Below, piece by piece: positions 1 to 10,900 of a stretch of DNA of 27,386 nucleotides (its first letter is position 1; every line of letters begins with the position of its first letter). Source of the DNA: a virus (lineage: Duplodnaviria > Caudoviricetes); IMG/VR virus record IMGVR_UViG_3300006123_000634, positions 1 to 27,386 of that record; one strand, 5' to 3'. The notes under the pieces were generated by a model. That model saw only the letters and a list, made by a program, of their open reading frames with translations. It made no database searches and was not told the DNA's origin. Position numbers and translations under genes: made by a program.

Positions 1-1011
1 ATTTGACGGAATTACACTTATAACACCAGTATTGGCATTTATTAATCCAGAAGGATTGCTTGACCAAGTATATGGTCCAACACCTCCATTTGCAGTAAAT
101 GCAATTGTATATAATGATCCTACTATAGGTGCGTGTGCAATAGTTGCCGGGGAAATAGAAATAGCATTAGATATAAGAGTTTGAGTAGGTGCTGGTCTTA
201 TTGAAAATCCAGTTACCTGTTGTAAATTAATAGTCCAGCTATATGTTCCTTCATCTGTTTCAGGATCAAACTGTGATACTGTAGCAACATAAAAATCACC
301 TTGTCTTGTTACATTGGTAAGATATTTTCCTGGATCTCTGCCCGAATAAGATGAATAAACAACTCTAAGATTATTAGGATTTGTTATTACAGAATTAGCC
401 ACAGTACTTAAAGTTACATTTGCGTGTAGATCTCCGTGAGCACTTTGACCAAGGACATCATAAAGAAGTCCATCTGCGGCAGCAGATAAATCAATACCAG
501 TATGTGTTAATCCCAATGTTTGCCCAAGTGAACCTAGATCAACTAATGCAGAATTATAATCACTGTATGATTTTGTTGTTGCTGTTGTTGATGCTACAGA
601 AAATTCTATAGATAATTTATCGTCAACATTACCATTAAATTGAAATACAGGAGTATCAAATGCTGGAACTGTAAATGTGCTTGTACCAACTCCTATAGAA
701 CTAGTCTCTCCAAAATTACCAATTTTAATAGGAAATTTTTGTCCTGGATATACGGTAGTAGCAGTTGATGTTATTACTCCTGATGGAGTAGGATATGATA
801 CTTCTAAATTGTAAACTCCAACAGGACAAACATATTCGTAGTTTCCTGGTTGATTATATACAGTAGGAGTGATAGAAGCAGTATGTGTTGTTGACCAAGT
901 GCCTGTATTAACCCATACGTGACTAACTAATCTCCATTGGCCATTGAAATTAACGTACACATTTTCTACCTGATGTGGTCCGCTAGAGTCAGTAACATAA
1001 ATGTTAGGCAT
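1..1011 (-). CDS. Putative virion structural protein with an Ig-like (He_PIG-type) segment; 3' end runs off the window
   Basis: Not in the ORF track. The ATG at 1011-1009 overlaps the upstream TAA (TAATG), and the frame is open to position 1: MPNIYVTDSSGPHQVENVYVNFNGQWRLV...ISISPATIAHAPIVGSLYTIAFTANGGVGPYTWS. Confidence 0.75.
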   Translation of the reverse strand, partial: MPNIYVTDSSGPHQVENVYVNFNGQWRLVSHVWVNTGTWSTTHTASITPTVYNQPGNYEYVCPVGVYNLEVSYPTPSGVITSTATTVYPGQKFPIKIGNFGETSSIGVGTSTFTVPAFDTPVFQFNGNVDDKLSIEFSVASTTATTKSYSDYNSALVDLGSLGQTLGLTHTGIDLSAAADGLLYDVLGQSAHGDLHANVTLSTVANSVITNPNNLRVVYSSYSGRDPGKYLTNVTRQGDFYVATVSQFDPETDEGTYSWTINLQQVTGFSIRPAPTQTLISNAISISPATIAHAPIVGSLYTIAFTANGGVGPYTWSSNPSGLINANTGVISVIPSN

Positions 1012-2390
1012 TATAGAATTTGATACCAAATATCTCCAGCGTTTCCACCACTTGGAGTTGTAAACGACACAGTTCTTGTTCCAAATCCGTTGCTTGTTGC
1101 CCCTGTTACCACTGCCGCATTGGTTGCAGTTACAGCATAGGTAGCAGTTGTTGCTTGTGCTACTACTACGGTACTCGAAGTTATAGCATTAGCAACAAAT
1201 TCTGTTGTAGCCAATAAAGTTGAAGAATCACTGTATCCCTGTGTGGTTGCAGTACTTCCTGCTCCTAGTGATCTAGGGCTCGGTGTACTATCACCACTGA
1301 TTAATAATTTGTTTATAGTTCCATCTGCATAATTTGCAAATGTAATATACGTTGCTGTATTGTTTGTATAAACTGTTCCAGCCAATTCATTTTTTGCGGC
1401 CATAACACCAGTTGCAGGAACACCATTAACTAATGTTGTTACAGTTGGTTGATTTACTAGATTAGGATTAACAAAAGTCACAGAATCGTTTTGAGAAATA
1501 GGCCAAGCATCGTGACTGGTAACTATTGTATTGGTTGCTGTGATTATTCCTGTTACTGTATATTGATTTGTATTACCACTTATATAAAATGTTGCACCAG
1601 CGGCAATATTTTGAACAGATGCAGAAACATTGAATGATACCGCACTATCTGTTTGTGTAATGCTATCTAATATTGTAAATGTTTGAACTGTTGGAAGTGT
1701 GGCCAATGTAGCATATGTATTGTTATGCCTTACATAAGTTTCACCATTTGTACCAGTGGTATAAAAGTTTGTTGATATCTGTAATTTTTCACTGGTTAAT
1801 AATCCAGTATTACTACCACCTGACCCACTGGCAACATTTTTAACATAATATTTTGCTCCACTTCCGCCTAGTGAATCTTCGCTCCAAATATCAAAAATAT
1901 TAGCGCCACTTGATAACTCGTAAGTTGGAGTAGTTGTATCTAACGATGTTACATTACTATCAGCAAATGTAACGGCTGTGTATACGTTAGGATTACCAGA
2001 GGTAATTGATAGTCTAATGCTACCAGATTTTCCAGTTGCTGGCCAATTTGAAATAGTTAAACTATGATCTCCGGGTGCTAAACTAAATGTTTGATAACTG
2101 CCTAACGAATAATCAATGCCTATGTTATACGTGTCTATAAGATCGTAACTATACAATTCAGTTGAACAATTTTTAAAGTTAGCAGAATCTATAGTGTTAC
2201 CATAGAATGTACTTGTACCTGCTGTTGTTACAGCAACCTTACTTAAATATTCTGTTTGAGAATTAACCGCATCAATTGCTTGTCTTATATAATTAAAATT
2301 GTCGCGGAATCCCTGTGAGTCGTTGTCTTTTCCTTTAACAGGAAATCCTATGTCGATTCTGTTTATATATGTTGATGCAGTGGTTGACAC
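1011..2390 (-). CDS. Phage structural / tail-fibre-associated protein
   Basis: GTG start preceded by GGAG. N-terminal FPVKGKDNDSQGFRDNF motif, Thr/Ser/Asn-rich beta content, fibre-type ATTEFV repeat and C-terminal PSGGNAGDIWYQ motif. Confidence 0.7.
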   Translation of the reverse strand: MSTTASTYINRIDIGFPVKGKDNDSQGFRDNFNYIRQAIDAVNSQTEYLSKVAVTTAGTSTFYGNTIDSANFKNCSTELYSYDLIDTYNIGIDYSLGSYQTFSLAPGDHSLTISNWPATGKSGSIRLSITSGNPNVYTAVTFADSNVTSLDTTTPTYELSSGANIFDIWSEDSLGGSGAKYYVKNVASGSGGSNTGLLTSEKLQISTNFYTTGTNGETYVRHNNTYATLATLPTVQTFTILDSITQTDSAVSFNVSASVQNIAAGATFYISGNTNQYTVTGIITATNTIVTSHDAWPISQNDSVTFVNPNLVNQPTVTTLVNGVPATGVMAAKNELAGTVYTNNTATYITFANYADGTINKLLISGDSTPSPRSLGAGSTATTQGYSDSSTLLATTEFVANAITSSTVVVAQATTATYAVTATNAAVVTGATSNGFGTRTVSFTTPSGGNAGDIWYQIL

Positions 2391-2409
2391 TTGTTAACTC
2401 CGTTTTATT

Positions 2410-4719
2410 TTAAGGTAATTTTTTCTTGATCTCATCTACTTCGGCTGCTAGATCATTAATAGCTTGAATAATTAATCCAGCCAATTTCTCATATCTAATC
2501 GCTAAACGGTCGCCTTCTATAGTAAACACTACTTCTGGTAGAACTTTTTGAACTTCTTGAGCAATTAAACCTGTATCTTGTTTATTCAATGTTGGTTTAT
2601 TTTGTAAGAAGTCGTCAGTCCAATCATAGAATACACCTTCTAATGATCTAATTCTGCCTAATGCATTATCAATTTTTCTAATATTTGTTTTGAATCTAAT
2701 ATCAGATGCTGAACTACCATATGCTGTTATATTTCCTGTAGCGGTAATATTAGAGCCATCTGTCCACACATTAGCACTTCCAGTTACACTACTACCAGTA
2801 CCATATACTATATATTGATTACCTATTGATAAGTTTGCACCGCTTGAACCAGTTGGCCCTTGTGTGCCTTGTGGTCCTGTTGGTCCTTGCGATCCAGTTG
2901 GTCCGTGACCAGTAGGCCCAGTTGGCCCTGCAACATTACTTTGAGCTCCAGTTGGTCCTGTTGGCCCTGTAGCACCGGTTGGACCCTGTGGACCTGTGGC
3001 ACCCGTGGGACCTGCAACATTACTTTGAGCTCCGGTTGGTCCAGTTGGTCCAGTAGCACCAGTTGGTCCAGTAGCACCAGTTGGTCCTGTTGGACCAGTA
3101 GGCCCAGTTGGTCCTTGTGTGCCTTGTGGTCCTGTTGGACCAGTAGGTCCCTGTGGACCTGTAGCTCCTGAGCCAGTAGGTCCGGTTGGTCCTGTTCCTG
3201 TTGGACCCGTTGCACCAGTAGGTCCTTGTGGCCCGGAAGCATTACTTGCAGGTCCAGTAGCACCAGTTGGTCCTAAACTTCCAGTAGGTCCTGTTGGACC
3301 ACCTGCTGGTCCTTGTGGTCCTGTTGGACCAGTATTACCTGTATTTCCGGTTGGTCCACCGACATTACTTGCAGGTCCAGTAGGTCCTTGCGGACCGAAA
3401 TTTCCTTGTGGGCCAGTTGGACCTTGTGATCCTGTAGGTCCAACAATATCTCCAACGTCTACAAATCCGTTATAATGTGTTCCGTCAACTATTAATGTAC
3501 CTGTGTAAACCCATAGATGTCCTGTTGTACTATCAATGTATGCATCGCCTAGATTAGGTGTAGGACTTGTTGGCAAGGTTACATATCCATTTACAGCACC
3601 TAAGATGTTTACACCTGCGCCGGCAGCTCCAGTAGGTCCTGTTGGCCCAGTACCGCTAGGTCCTGTTGGCCCAGTAGCGCCTGCACCAGTAGGGCCTGTT
3701 GCACCAGTAGGACCTGGTGTTCCTGTAATACTATTTCCAGGAGATCCGGTAGGTCCTTGTGCACCTGTTGGACCTAATGGGCCTGCAGGTCCTGTTGCAC
3801 CAGTTGGTCCACCGCCTGTAAATAATACACCTCTTTGATATAAATTACCATTAAAATATATGTCTCCGCCTACTCCGACACCACCTACAACTGTTAATGC
3901 ACCCGAGGTTGTAGAAATTGCACTTGCTGTTGATGTAATATTGACACCAGGTACTGTTAAAATACCTGTGTTAGGAACATATGATACTCGACTATCTGCT
4001 TTTTCTCCAACATAGGTATTAACACCTATACCCATATTGAGATAATATTGATTTACATCATTGCTAGCAAGACCTGTAACGTACACAGTATTTGCTTGTC
4101 CAGCTGGTCCGCCTGCAATTACTGTTGATGTACTAACCCAAGTAGCAGTTGTTCCATTACTTTGTAAAATATAATTTGCAGGTCCTATTGGTATAAACGA
4201 AGTTGTACTAGTAGCACTTTGAATAGGAATACTACCGATATTTCCGCCTGCAATATTATTGGGGGTGTTTGGTCCAGTAGGTCCGATTAATCCTTGTGAT
4301 CCAGTAGGTCCGATATTACCTGTTGCACCAGTAGGTCCTGTTGCACCAGTTGCACCTAAAATTCCTTGTGGCCCGGTAACTCCTTGAAGTCCCTGTGGAC
4401 CTCTAGCGCCAGTTGGACCTTGGTATCCTGTAGGACCAGTTGGTCCGGTCGGCCCTTGTTGTCCAGTAGGTCCAGTAGGTCCTAGATCGCCTTGTGGTCC
4501 AGTAGGTCCTTGTTGACCAGTAGGTCCTAGATCTCCCTGTGGTCCGGTAGGTCCAGAAACTCCTGTTGGACCTTGTGGCCCTGCTACATTGAACAATGCC
4601 CTGGCCTGAGCTACTGTGATGTATTGTCCTACAGCAGAATCTTGTACAACAATTAGGGTTTCGCCCTCTGTAGGGTTGGTTAAATGTGGTAAAAAGGTAA
4701 GATCGGGTCTAATAGTCAT
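2410..4719 (-). CDS. Collagen-like tail fibre with C-terminal peptidase S74 intramolecular chaperone
   Basis: Three long G-P-T/G-P-Q/G-A-T tracts. The C-terminus SDIRFKTNI...[15 protein letters not shown]...[14 protein letters not shown] plus coiled coil is the S74 signature. Confidence 0.88.
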   Translation of the reverse strand: MTIRPDLTFLPHLTNPTEGETLIVVQDSAVGQYITVAQARALFNVAGPQGPTGVSGPTGPQGDLGPTGQQGPTGPQGDLGPTGPTGQQGPTGPTGPTGYQGPTGARGPQGLQGVTGPQGILGATGATGPTGATGNIGPTGSQGLIGPTGPNTPNNIAGGNIGSIPIQSATSTTSFIPIGPANYILQSNGTTATWVSTSTVIAGGPAGQANTVYVTGLASNDVNQYYLNMGIGVNTYVGEKADSRVSYVPNTGILTVPGVNITSTASAISTTSGALTVVGGVGVGGDIYFNGNLYQRGVLFTGGGPTGATGPAGPLGPTGAQGPTGSPGNSITGTPGPTGATGPTGAGATGPTGPSGTGPTGPTGAAGAGVNILGAVNGYVTLPTSPTPNLGDAYIDSTTGHLWVYTGTLIVDGTHYNGFVDVGDIVGPTGSQGPTGPQGNFGPQGPTGPASNVGGPTGNTGNTGPTGPQGPAGGPTGPTGSLGPTGATGPASNASGPQGPTGATGPTGTGPTGPTGSGATGPQGPTGPTGPQGTQGPTGPTGPTGPTGATGPTGATGPTGPTGAQSNVAGPTGATGPQGPTGATGPTGPTGAQSNVAGPTGPTGHGPTGSQGPTGPQGTQGPTGSSGANLSIGNQYIVYGTGSSVTGSANVWTDGSNITATGNITAYGSSASDIRFKTNIRKIDNALGRIRSLEGVFYDWTDDFLQNKPTLNKQDTGLIAQEVQKVLPEVVFTIEGDRLAIRYEKLAGLIIQAINDLAAEVDEIKKKLP

Positions 4720-4743
4720 AGTTTGGGCATCTTGTTGATAGTG

Positions 4744-4749
4744 TATTTA
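4744..4749 (-). promoter_or_regulatory. Putative late promoter core TAAATA
   Basis: AATAAATA in the intergenic gap, 25 nt upstream of the fibre ATG; the same motif recurs in other intergenic gaps. Confidence 0.45.
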
Positions 4750-4763
4750 TTATTTTACCAACA

Positions 4764-5360
4764 TTACGAGAATTCGACCCATCCTGTCAAAATATACTTA
4801 ACACCTGTTAATGGAGGATTTCCTCTGTGAGCCCACGGATAATTTGGCGGAAATAATACCAATCTACCTTTTTTAGGAGAAACTCTACGACTTTGATACA
4901 AGAATTCTGTTTCTCCGCCTTCTTCTACATCGTTAAGATACAGTATATAAACACCTGTGCGTCTACTCATCAGAGTGACGCCATCCTCGCTATGCCAGAT
5001 ATGGTAACCACCGCCGGGAATAGTTTTTTGAAGTTTATATGTATAAATTGTAGTTGGGCCATAATCTTGCAATACGCTGAATCTACCACTATAGTCAGCA
5101 TAGCATTCATCCCAGAATACTTGGTTAAATTCAGCCATATATCCCTGTATATTAGGCCACATAAAATTAATTTCTTGAACACTTATTGGATTTAGACCTA
5201 CTGAATCATCATTTTTAATTCGTTCAGCTTCGGGCCTAGCAAATGTTCTATTATTGCGTTGACACCATTCAAAATATTCAATTAAATTATCACAAAATTC
5301 ATCACTGAAATAACCATCATATATCCCAATGAAATCTTCGATTAACACTTTTTTTGTCAT
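4764..5360 (-). CDS. 2OG-Fe(II) oxygenase, prolyl-4-hydroxylase-like (2OG-FeII_Oxy_3 type)
   Basis: YHIWHSE (HxE), YILYLNDVEEGGETEF, distal His in WAHRG, and KYILTGW. Confidence 0.88.
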   Translation of the reverse strand: MTKKVLIEDFIGIYDGYFSDEFCDNLIEYFEWCQRNNRTFARPEAERIKNDDSVGLNPISVQEINFMWPNIQGYMAEFNQVFWDECYADYSGRFSVLQDYGPTTIYTYKLQKTIPGGGYHIWHSEDGVTLMSRRTGVYILYLNDVEEGGETEFLYQSRRVSPKKGRLVLFPPNYPWAHRGNPPLTGVKYILTGWVEFS

Positions 5361-5368
5361 TACGTTCC

Positions 5369-5977
5369 TTAAACAAATGCTGGTCCAGTAGCCCAGACTA
5401 CTAAACTTTTTCTTATTCCTGAGGTAACTGGTGTTACTCTGTGTAAAGTGTAACTAGGAAATGCAGATATTATACCTCTTTCTTTTACTACCTGTTGTGG
5501 GGTTGAGCTTGTCATTATTTCTAAGTCGCCGCCTTCGTAATCAGCAGGATCACTTAATTGTAATACCAAACTAAATTTTCTAGGAGGATTTCCATCACCA
5601 TTAATACCTCCATCTGTGTGCCAAGTATAATGTCCATTTGATTCGGCATTGTATACCGTATATTGTAAATCTTCATTAAACCCGTGAAGATTAAATCTAT
5701 AAAACTGCCCATTTAATTGCCTTGCTACAAAAGCAAGTCTATCATAGATCCAGCTACTATTGTCATTATATTGAATCCACGAATTAGTAGATTCTCTAAT
5801 ATCTGATATATCTTCTTCTGGTTTACTTCCACCGACTAACCCTTTCATTTTTTCAAGAGAGTCGCCGTATTCAATAATTTTATCTAATTCTTCTGACGTA
5901 AAAGCATCGCGCCAGGTAACAAATGGATGTTCAGATATTCCAAATGTGGGGGGTGGTAAGAAAGGATAGTTTGACAT
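5369..5977 (-). CDS. 2OG-Fe(II) oxygenase, PKHD/PiuC-like hydroxylase
   Basis: YTWHTD (HxD), LSDPADYEGGDL and FPSYTLHRVTPVTSGIRKSLVVW. Confidence 0.9.
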   Translation of the reverse strand: MSNYPFLPPPTFGISEHPFVTWRDAFTSEELDKIIEYGDSLEKMKGLVGGSKPEEDISDIRESTNSWIQYNDNSSWIYDRLAFVARQLNGQFYRFNLHGFNEDLQYTVYNAESNGHYTWHTDGGINGDGNPPRKFSLVLQLSDPADYEGGDLEIMTSSTPQQVVKERGIISAFPSYTLHRVTPVTSGIRKSLVVWATGPAFV

Positions 5978-5991
5978 ATACTTTACTTATG

Positions 5992-7590
5992 TCATTGTTG
6001 ATTCCACGAAACATTAATTTGTCCATTGTATCCTCCACCGTTTCCGACAGTTACAGGAATGTTAACTCTTGAAATAGCGTTAGGAGCCAATGTAGCATTA
6101 TATAAATTTGATGTGTATAATGAGGAAGCCGAAGTACCGCTCATACCTGGCCAGGTATTAGGAGCATTCATACCTGGCCACGTAGTTGGAGCAGGTCCTG
6201 ATTGACCAGCAGTAGCTCCGTTTCCGTTAGCACCAGTATTGCCTGGATTACCTGGATTACCCGCACCGCCAGAATTGCCAGGATTACCGCTACTACCAGG
6301 ATTTCCTGAGTTACCGCCAGACCCGCCATTTCCACCTGGTCCTCCGGCTGGATAATCCACATTTATCTGATTAGCACCTTGCACCCAGTATGTTACAGTA
6401 CCGCCATTGCCGCCTGATCCGCCTGATCCGCCGGTAGTGGGTCCAGAATTGCCTGGATTGCCGGCATTGCCTGATACCCCTGCTATAGTATAACCAGGAC
6501 CTGGATAAGGTGTATCTGGTGCCGCGCCACTGTATGCTTGTGGACCGTAGACACTTTGTGCTGCCGGACCGCCATTACCGCCTGCGCCGCCATTACCGCC
6601 TCCACCACCTGACCCAGGATTACCCGAGTTTCCAGCAGTTCCACCACTGCCAGCATTACCTGAACTCCCTGGCGACCCTGGATTTCCAGCAACACCAAAA
6701 TTTGATGCAGTATATGAAGCACCTGGTCCGCCTGTACCTCCTGGTCCGCCTGTACCTCCTGGTGCTATTATTCCTGGCCACGTAGCAAGACTTCCAAAAA
6801 TAGTAGAGTTAGCTACATTTCCTGATGAACCATTAGGGCCTTGTGCCCCACTAGGACCCTGGTTTCCATTTACATAATTGTAAGTCCCATTAGATCCAGT
6901 TTTTCCTGGCCAAGTATTGGGTGCATTGCCACCAGCTGATCCTGAATTTCCAGCGGCTCCAGGTTGGCCAGAACCTGCACCAGACCCTGCTGGACCAGCA
7001 CCACCTGCATTACCCGAGGTTCCTCCTAGGCCCACATATACACTTATTACTGGAGTTCCAGGATAACTATTTGGAATATATGCAACAAAATTAACAGTAC
7101 CGCCAGCTCCACCATTTCCGGGTGCCCCTCCGAATGCTGGATATGTACCGGGATTTGCCGCATTACCCGGGCTTCCACTATTGGCCAATGGTGATGGTTC
7201 CCAGTAGATAGCATTGTAACTATTACCACCACCTAGCTCTTCATCAGGATCCCCAGCACTTCCGCCACCGCCCCCTCCTGCACCTCCGTATTGCCCGGGA
7301 TTTCCAGCATTGCCACCTGCACCGCCTGTTCCATTATTACCGCGCCCGCCTGCACTTCCTCCTGGCCCGCCTACTCCGTTAGTTCCATCGTTGCCTTTTG
7401 GAGCAGAGTTACCTTGACTACCGGCTGAGCCTTGACTACCTGGCGAGCCAGGATTACTAACTGCGGCATATCCAGTGAGTGTAGCAGTTTTAACACCAAA
7501 CGGTTGTTTGAAAGTTGTACTGGAATTTAAGGTCACTGATCCAGCTGGTCTAATTGTTCTGCGCATCTCTGATCTAAAGGCAACTGGCAT
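5992..7590 (-). CDS. Glycine-rich protein with G-N-P/G-S-P/G-N-A triplets; putative virion or adhesin protein
   Basis: Extended Gly-X-X tracts (GNPGSSGNPGNSGGAGNPGNPG), four TWPG motifs, and short beta-rich N- and C-terminal segments. Confidence 0.7.
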   Translation of the reverse strand: MPVAFRSEMRRTIRPAGSVTLNSSTTFKQPFGVKTATLTGYAAVSNPGSPGSQGSAGSQGNSAPKGNDGTNGVGGPGGSAGGRGNNGTGGAGGNAGNPGQYGGAGGGGGGSAGDPDEELGGGNSYNAIYWEPSPLANSGSPGNAANPGTYPAFGGAPGNGGAGGTVNFVAYIPNSYPGTPVISVYVGLGGTSGNAGGAGPAGSGAGSGQPGAAGNSGSAGGNAPNTWPGKTGSNGTYNYVNGNQGPSGAQGPNGSSGNVANSTIFGSLATWPGIIAPGGTGGPGGTGGPGASYTASNFGVAGNPGSPGSSGNAGSGGTAGNSGNPGSGGGGGNGGAGGNGGPAAQSVYGPQAYSGAAPDTPYPGPGYTIAGVSGNAGNPGNSGPTTGGSGGSGGNGGTVTYWVQGANQINVDYPAGGPGGNGGSGGNSGNPGSSGNPGNSGGAGNPGNPGNTGANGNGATAGQSGPAPTTWPGMNAPNTWPGMSGTSASSLYTSNLYNATLAPNAISRVNIPVTVGNGGGYNGQINVSWNQQ

Positions 7591-7604
7591 ATATTACTTT
7601 CCTA

Positions 7605-7940
7605 TTATCTAGGGTTGGAATTAGTCAAAGTATATGTACTTAAAAAATTGCTGCCTTGTAAATCAACTAAAGTTTGAAAATATTTTCTTGGATATTGGCT
7701 TGGTGGTAAATCATCGTGAATTTCTGTGTATACTAATATTGGAAAATCAACGATGCTAGCCCCAGGCCACCAAGAATTTAATGCTCCAATAACGTCTGCG
7801 TGTTGTGCATCGTCACCGTAAAACAATAGTGTATATTTGATATTGTTAGCAACTAACCATTTTTTAATATTGTTAGCTTCGGTTACGCCATCTGTGATAC
7901 CAACATATAAAAAAACGTCGTCTATTTTTGTTATTGCCAT
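7605..7940 (-). CDS. Glutaredoxin/thioredoxin-fold-like protein lacking cysteines
   Basis: Strong AGGAG SD. Pattern VFLYV - helix NNIKKWLVANNI - KYTLLFY - helix - DFPILVY (cis-Pro-like motif); no Cys in the protein. Confidence 0.55.
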   Translation of the reverse strand: MAITKIDDVFLYVGITDGVTEANNIKKWLVANNIKYTLLFYGDDAQHADVIGALNSWWPGASIVDFPILVYTEIHDDLPPSQYPRKYFQTLVDLQGSNFLSTYTLTNSNPR

Positions 7941-7955
7941 TTTAATTTTTCTCCT

Positions 7956-10900
7956 TTATGAAACTGCGGCCATAGCAAATGTGCCAAACCAGTACGAACC
8001 ACCATTAACTGTAAAGAATGTAAGTACATCTATTTGGTTTGCCCCAGTTGAATATACAGGAGTAGCTCCTTCTGTGTAATGTGCATTAGTAAATGTCGGT
8101 GATCTGTTACCTGTACTATCTTGACGTAAAATAACCGTAGCTGATATTAATGTACCAGATGCTGGGGCATTTGTAAATGTAAATGTTGGGCTACCAGTTA
8201 ATGTGATATCAAATACATTAGCAGTACTCAAATCTAAATTAGTATTAGAACTAGTATTGCCTAATGTATTAACTGTTTCTTTATAACCTTTGAATATTGC
8301 AGTCAATGCTGTTCCATCAAAAGTTAAATTACTACTTCCTGAGGCAGAACCACTGCTGTTATATAATACTTGTCCTGAACTACCCCCAACCGGCCCAGTA
8401 CTACCGGTTGGACCTGTAACTCCATTTGTACCGTTGGCACCAGTCGGTCCCTGTGCACCTTGGGGTCCCTGTGCACCAGTAGATCCTTGTGGTCCAGTTA
8501 CTCCTGGTTGTCCAGCAACATTAATAACCCAATTTGAATATGCTCCTGAACCTGAACTTAGATCAGCAGTCATATTTAGAATAGAGCTTGACCAGCCTGT
8601 AACAACTCCTTCTATCCAATTTGATGAACTACCAGATACTGTTACACGAATTCTGCTACCGGCTACAAGAGGGCTGGTCAATGATGAGCCATTTGTTGCC
8701 CAGGAATATGATCCTGAACTACCAATTGTAGCACTATCAGTTGCTGTTAAACTATAACCAATACCTTGTGGTCCTGTGGGTCCTTGTGCTCCTGTAGCAC
8801 CAGCATTACCTTGACTTCCTTGTGGTCCTGTTGGGCCTTGAGCACCGGTGGGTCCTTGTGCTCCTGTAGCACCATTAGATCCAGTAGATCCTTGTGGCCC
8901 AGTTGGCCCTTGGGCACCTGTTGGTCCTAGACTTGCAAATGTTGCTATGGTTCCTGTAGTAATAACCTGCGAACCATTTATATAAGCAGTTCCGCCAATA
9001 TTAATATTTCCGCCAATACCTACGCCACCTTGTACGGTTAATGCACCTGTAGTTGTACTTGTACTAGCTGTTCCATTTAGGCCAACATTAAGGGTACTAA
9101 TCTTAGCGGCAGCACCTTGTGTTACACTTAAAAAGTATTGATTTCCGTTGATAAATGCTAAATTATTTCCACCAGCAAGATCGTTGAATAAAAAATAACC
9201 TCCAATAGAGTCAATATACATGTCACCGTTTGTATCCCAAGAAATGCCACCCTTGACTACACCATTAGCACTGGCTCCAATACCACCAAACACATTACCC
9301 AACATATCAAGTTTGATAATAGGTGCTTTATAATCGCTATTGCCACTTACTCCGTAGAAGGTTGAGGTATTTCCAACATATAAACTACCGCCAATACCAA
9401 CACCACCAGCAACAGTTAATGCTCCTGTAACAGTGCTAACGGATGCAGTTGTATTGACTAGAACAATAGAACCTGTCTTAAATGTTCCGTATGTTGCAGA
9501 AGTAAAGTCTCCGTTGACTTCTGCTCCTGTTTGATACCATTCTAACCATTTTGTATTGTCGGCTAATACCAACGCGGCATTTTGATCAGCACCATTATAA
9601 TAGTGCATACGAATACCAATGTCTTTTCCATCGTCTGTGGTCCAAAACCCGTTAACACCACTAGGTGGAACGTGTATTTCTAAGATGTTATCAGTATAAT
9701 ATGTATTTGTACTTAAAATATAAGTAGCAGTACCATTAAATGCTAATGTGCCACCTACAGTTAAATTGCCTGCTAATACTACATTGCTTCCGTCAAATGT
9801 TAGATTACTGCTACCGGAAGCAACTCCACTATTATTATATAATATTTGACCATTACTTCCGCCAACCGGACCAGTACTACCAGTAGGTCCTTGTGTTCCT
9901 GTTGGCCCAGTTGCTCCATTAATACCAGTACTACCTGCGGAACCAGTTGGTCCCTGTGGTCCAGTAGGTCCTTGTGTTCCTGTTGGCCCAGTTGCTCCAT
10001 TAATACCAGTACTACCTGCGGAACCAGTTGGTCCCTGTGGTCCAGTAGGTCCTTGTGTTCCAGTAGGTCCTTGTGTTCCTGTTGGTCCAGTAGCACCGGT
10101 TGCTCCATTAATACCAGTACTACCTGCGGAACCAGTTGGTCCCTGTGGTCCAATAGGTCCTTGTGTTCCTGTTGGTCCAGTAGCACCGGTTGCTCCAACA
10201 CTACCTGTTCCACCCGGGCCTGTTGCTCCTGTTGGACCTGTGTTACCAACAGTACCTTGTATACCTGTAGGTCCGGTTGGGCCAACACTACCTGTTCCGC
10301 CTGGTCCAGTAGCACCAGTAGGCCCTGTGTTACCAACAGTACCTTGTGTTCCTGTAGGTCCAGTAGCACCGGTTGCTCCAACACTACCTGTTCCGCCTGG
10401 TCCGGTAGCACCAGTAGGCCCTGTGTTACCAGTTGCTCCAAATCCTGTTGCTCCTGTACTGCCTGTTGCGCCAGTTGGACCCTGTGGACCTGTTGGACCG
10501 GCAACATTGCTTTGAGCTCCGGTTGGACCAGTTGGGCCTTGTTGTCCAGTTGGACCTTTGATTGTTCCAACATCAACAAATGATGTTCCGTTGTAAACCC
10601 ATAAATGTCCAGTATCTTCTGCAATAACACCGTCACCGTTGACTGGGCTTGGGTCTACTCCTAAAATTCCTGCACTGGTTGAGGTCGAACCTATAATATT
10701 AACTGATGTACCAGCCGCACCGGTGGGTCCTAAATTACCTTGAGAACCAGTAGCACCAGTAGCACCAGTAGCACCTGCTCCAGTGGGGCCTTGTGTACCT
10801 GTATTTCCTATGGGGCCTTGTGGTCCAGTAGCACCAGTTCCTGTAGGACCAGTTGGTCCTGAACCTGATGGTCCTGTTGGACCTAAATTACCTTGAGAGC

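Noticed and set aside
2823-3838. Alternative-frame and antisense ORFs (PVG-, LDQ- and SW-rich)
   Set aside because: These are shadows of the GGN-CCN-ACN collagen codon repeat and have no independent start signals.
8290-10636. Long overlapping ORFs (155, 245 and 278 aa) within the long fibre gene
   Set aside because: The same collagen-repeat artefact.
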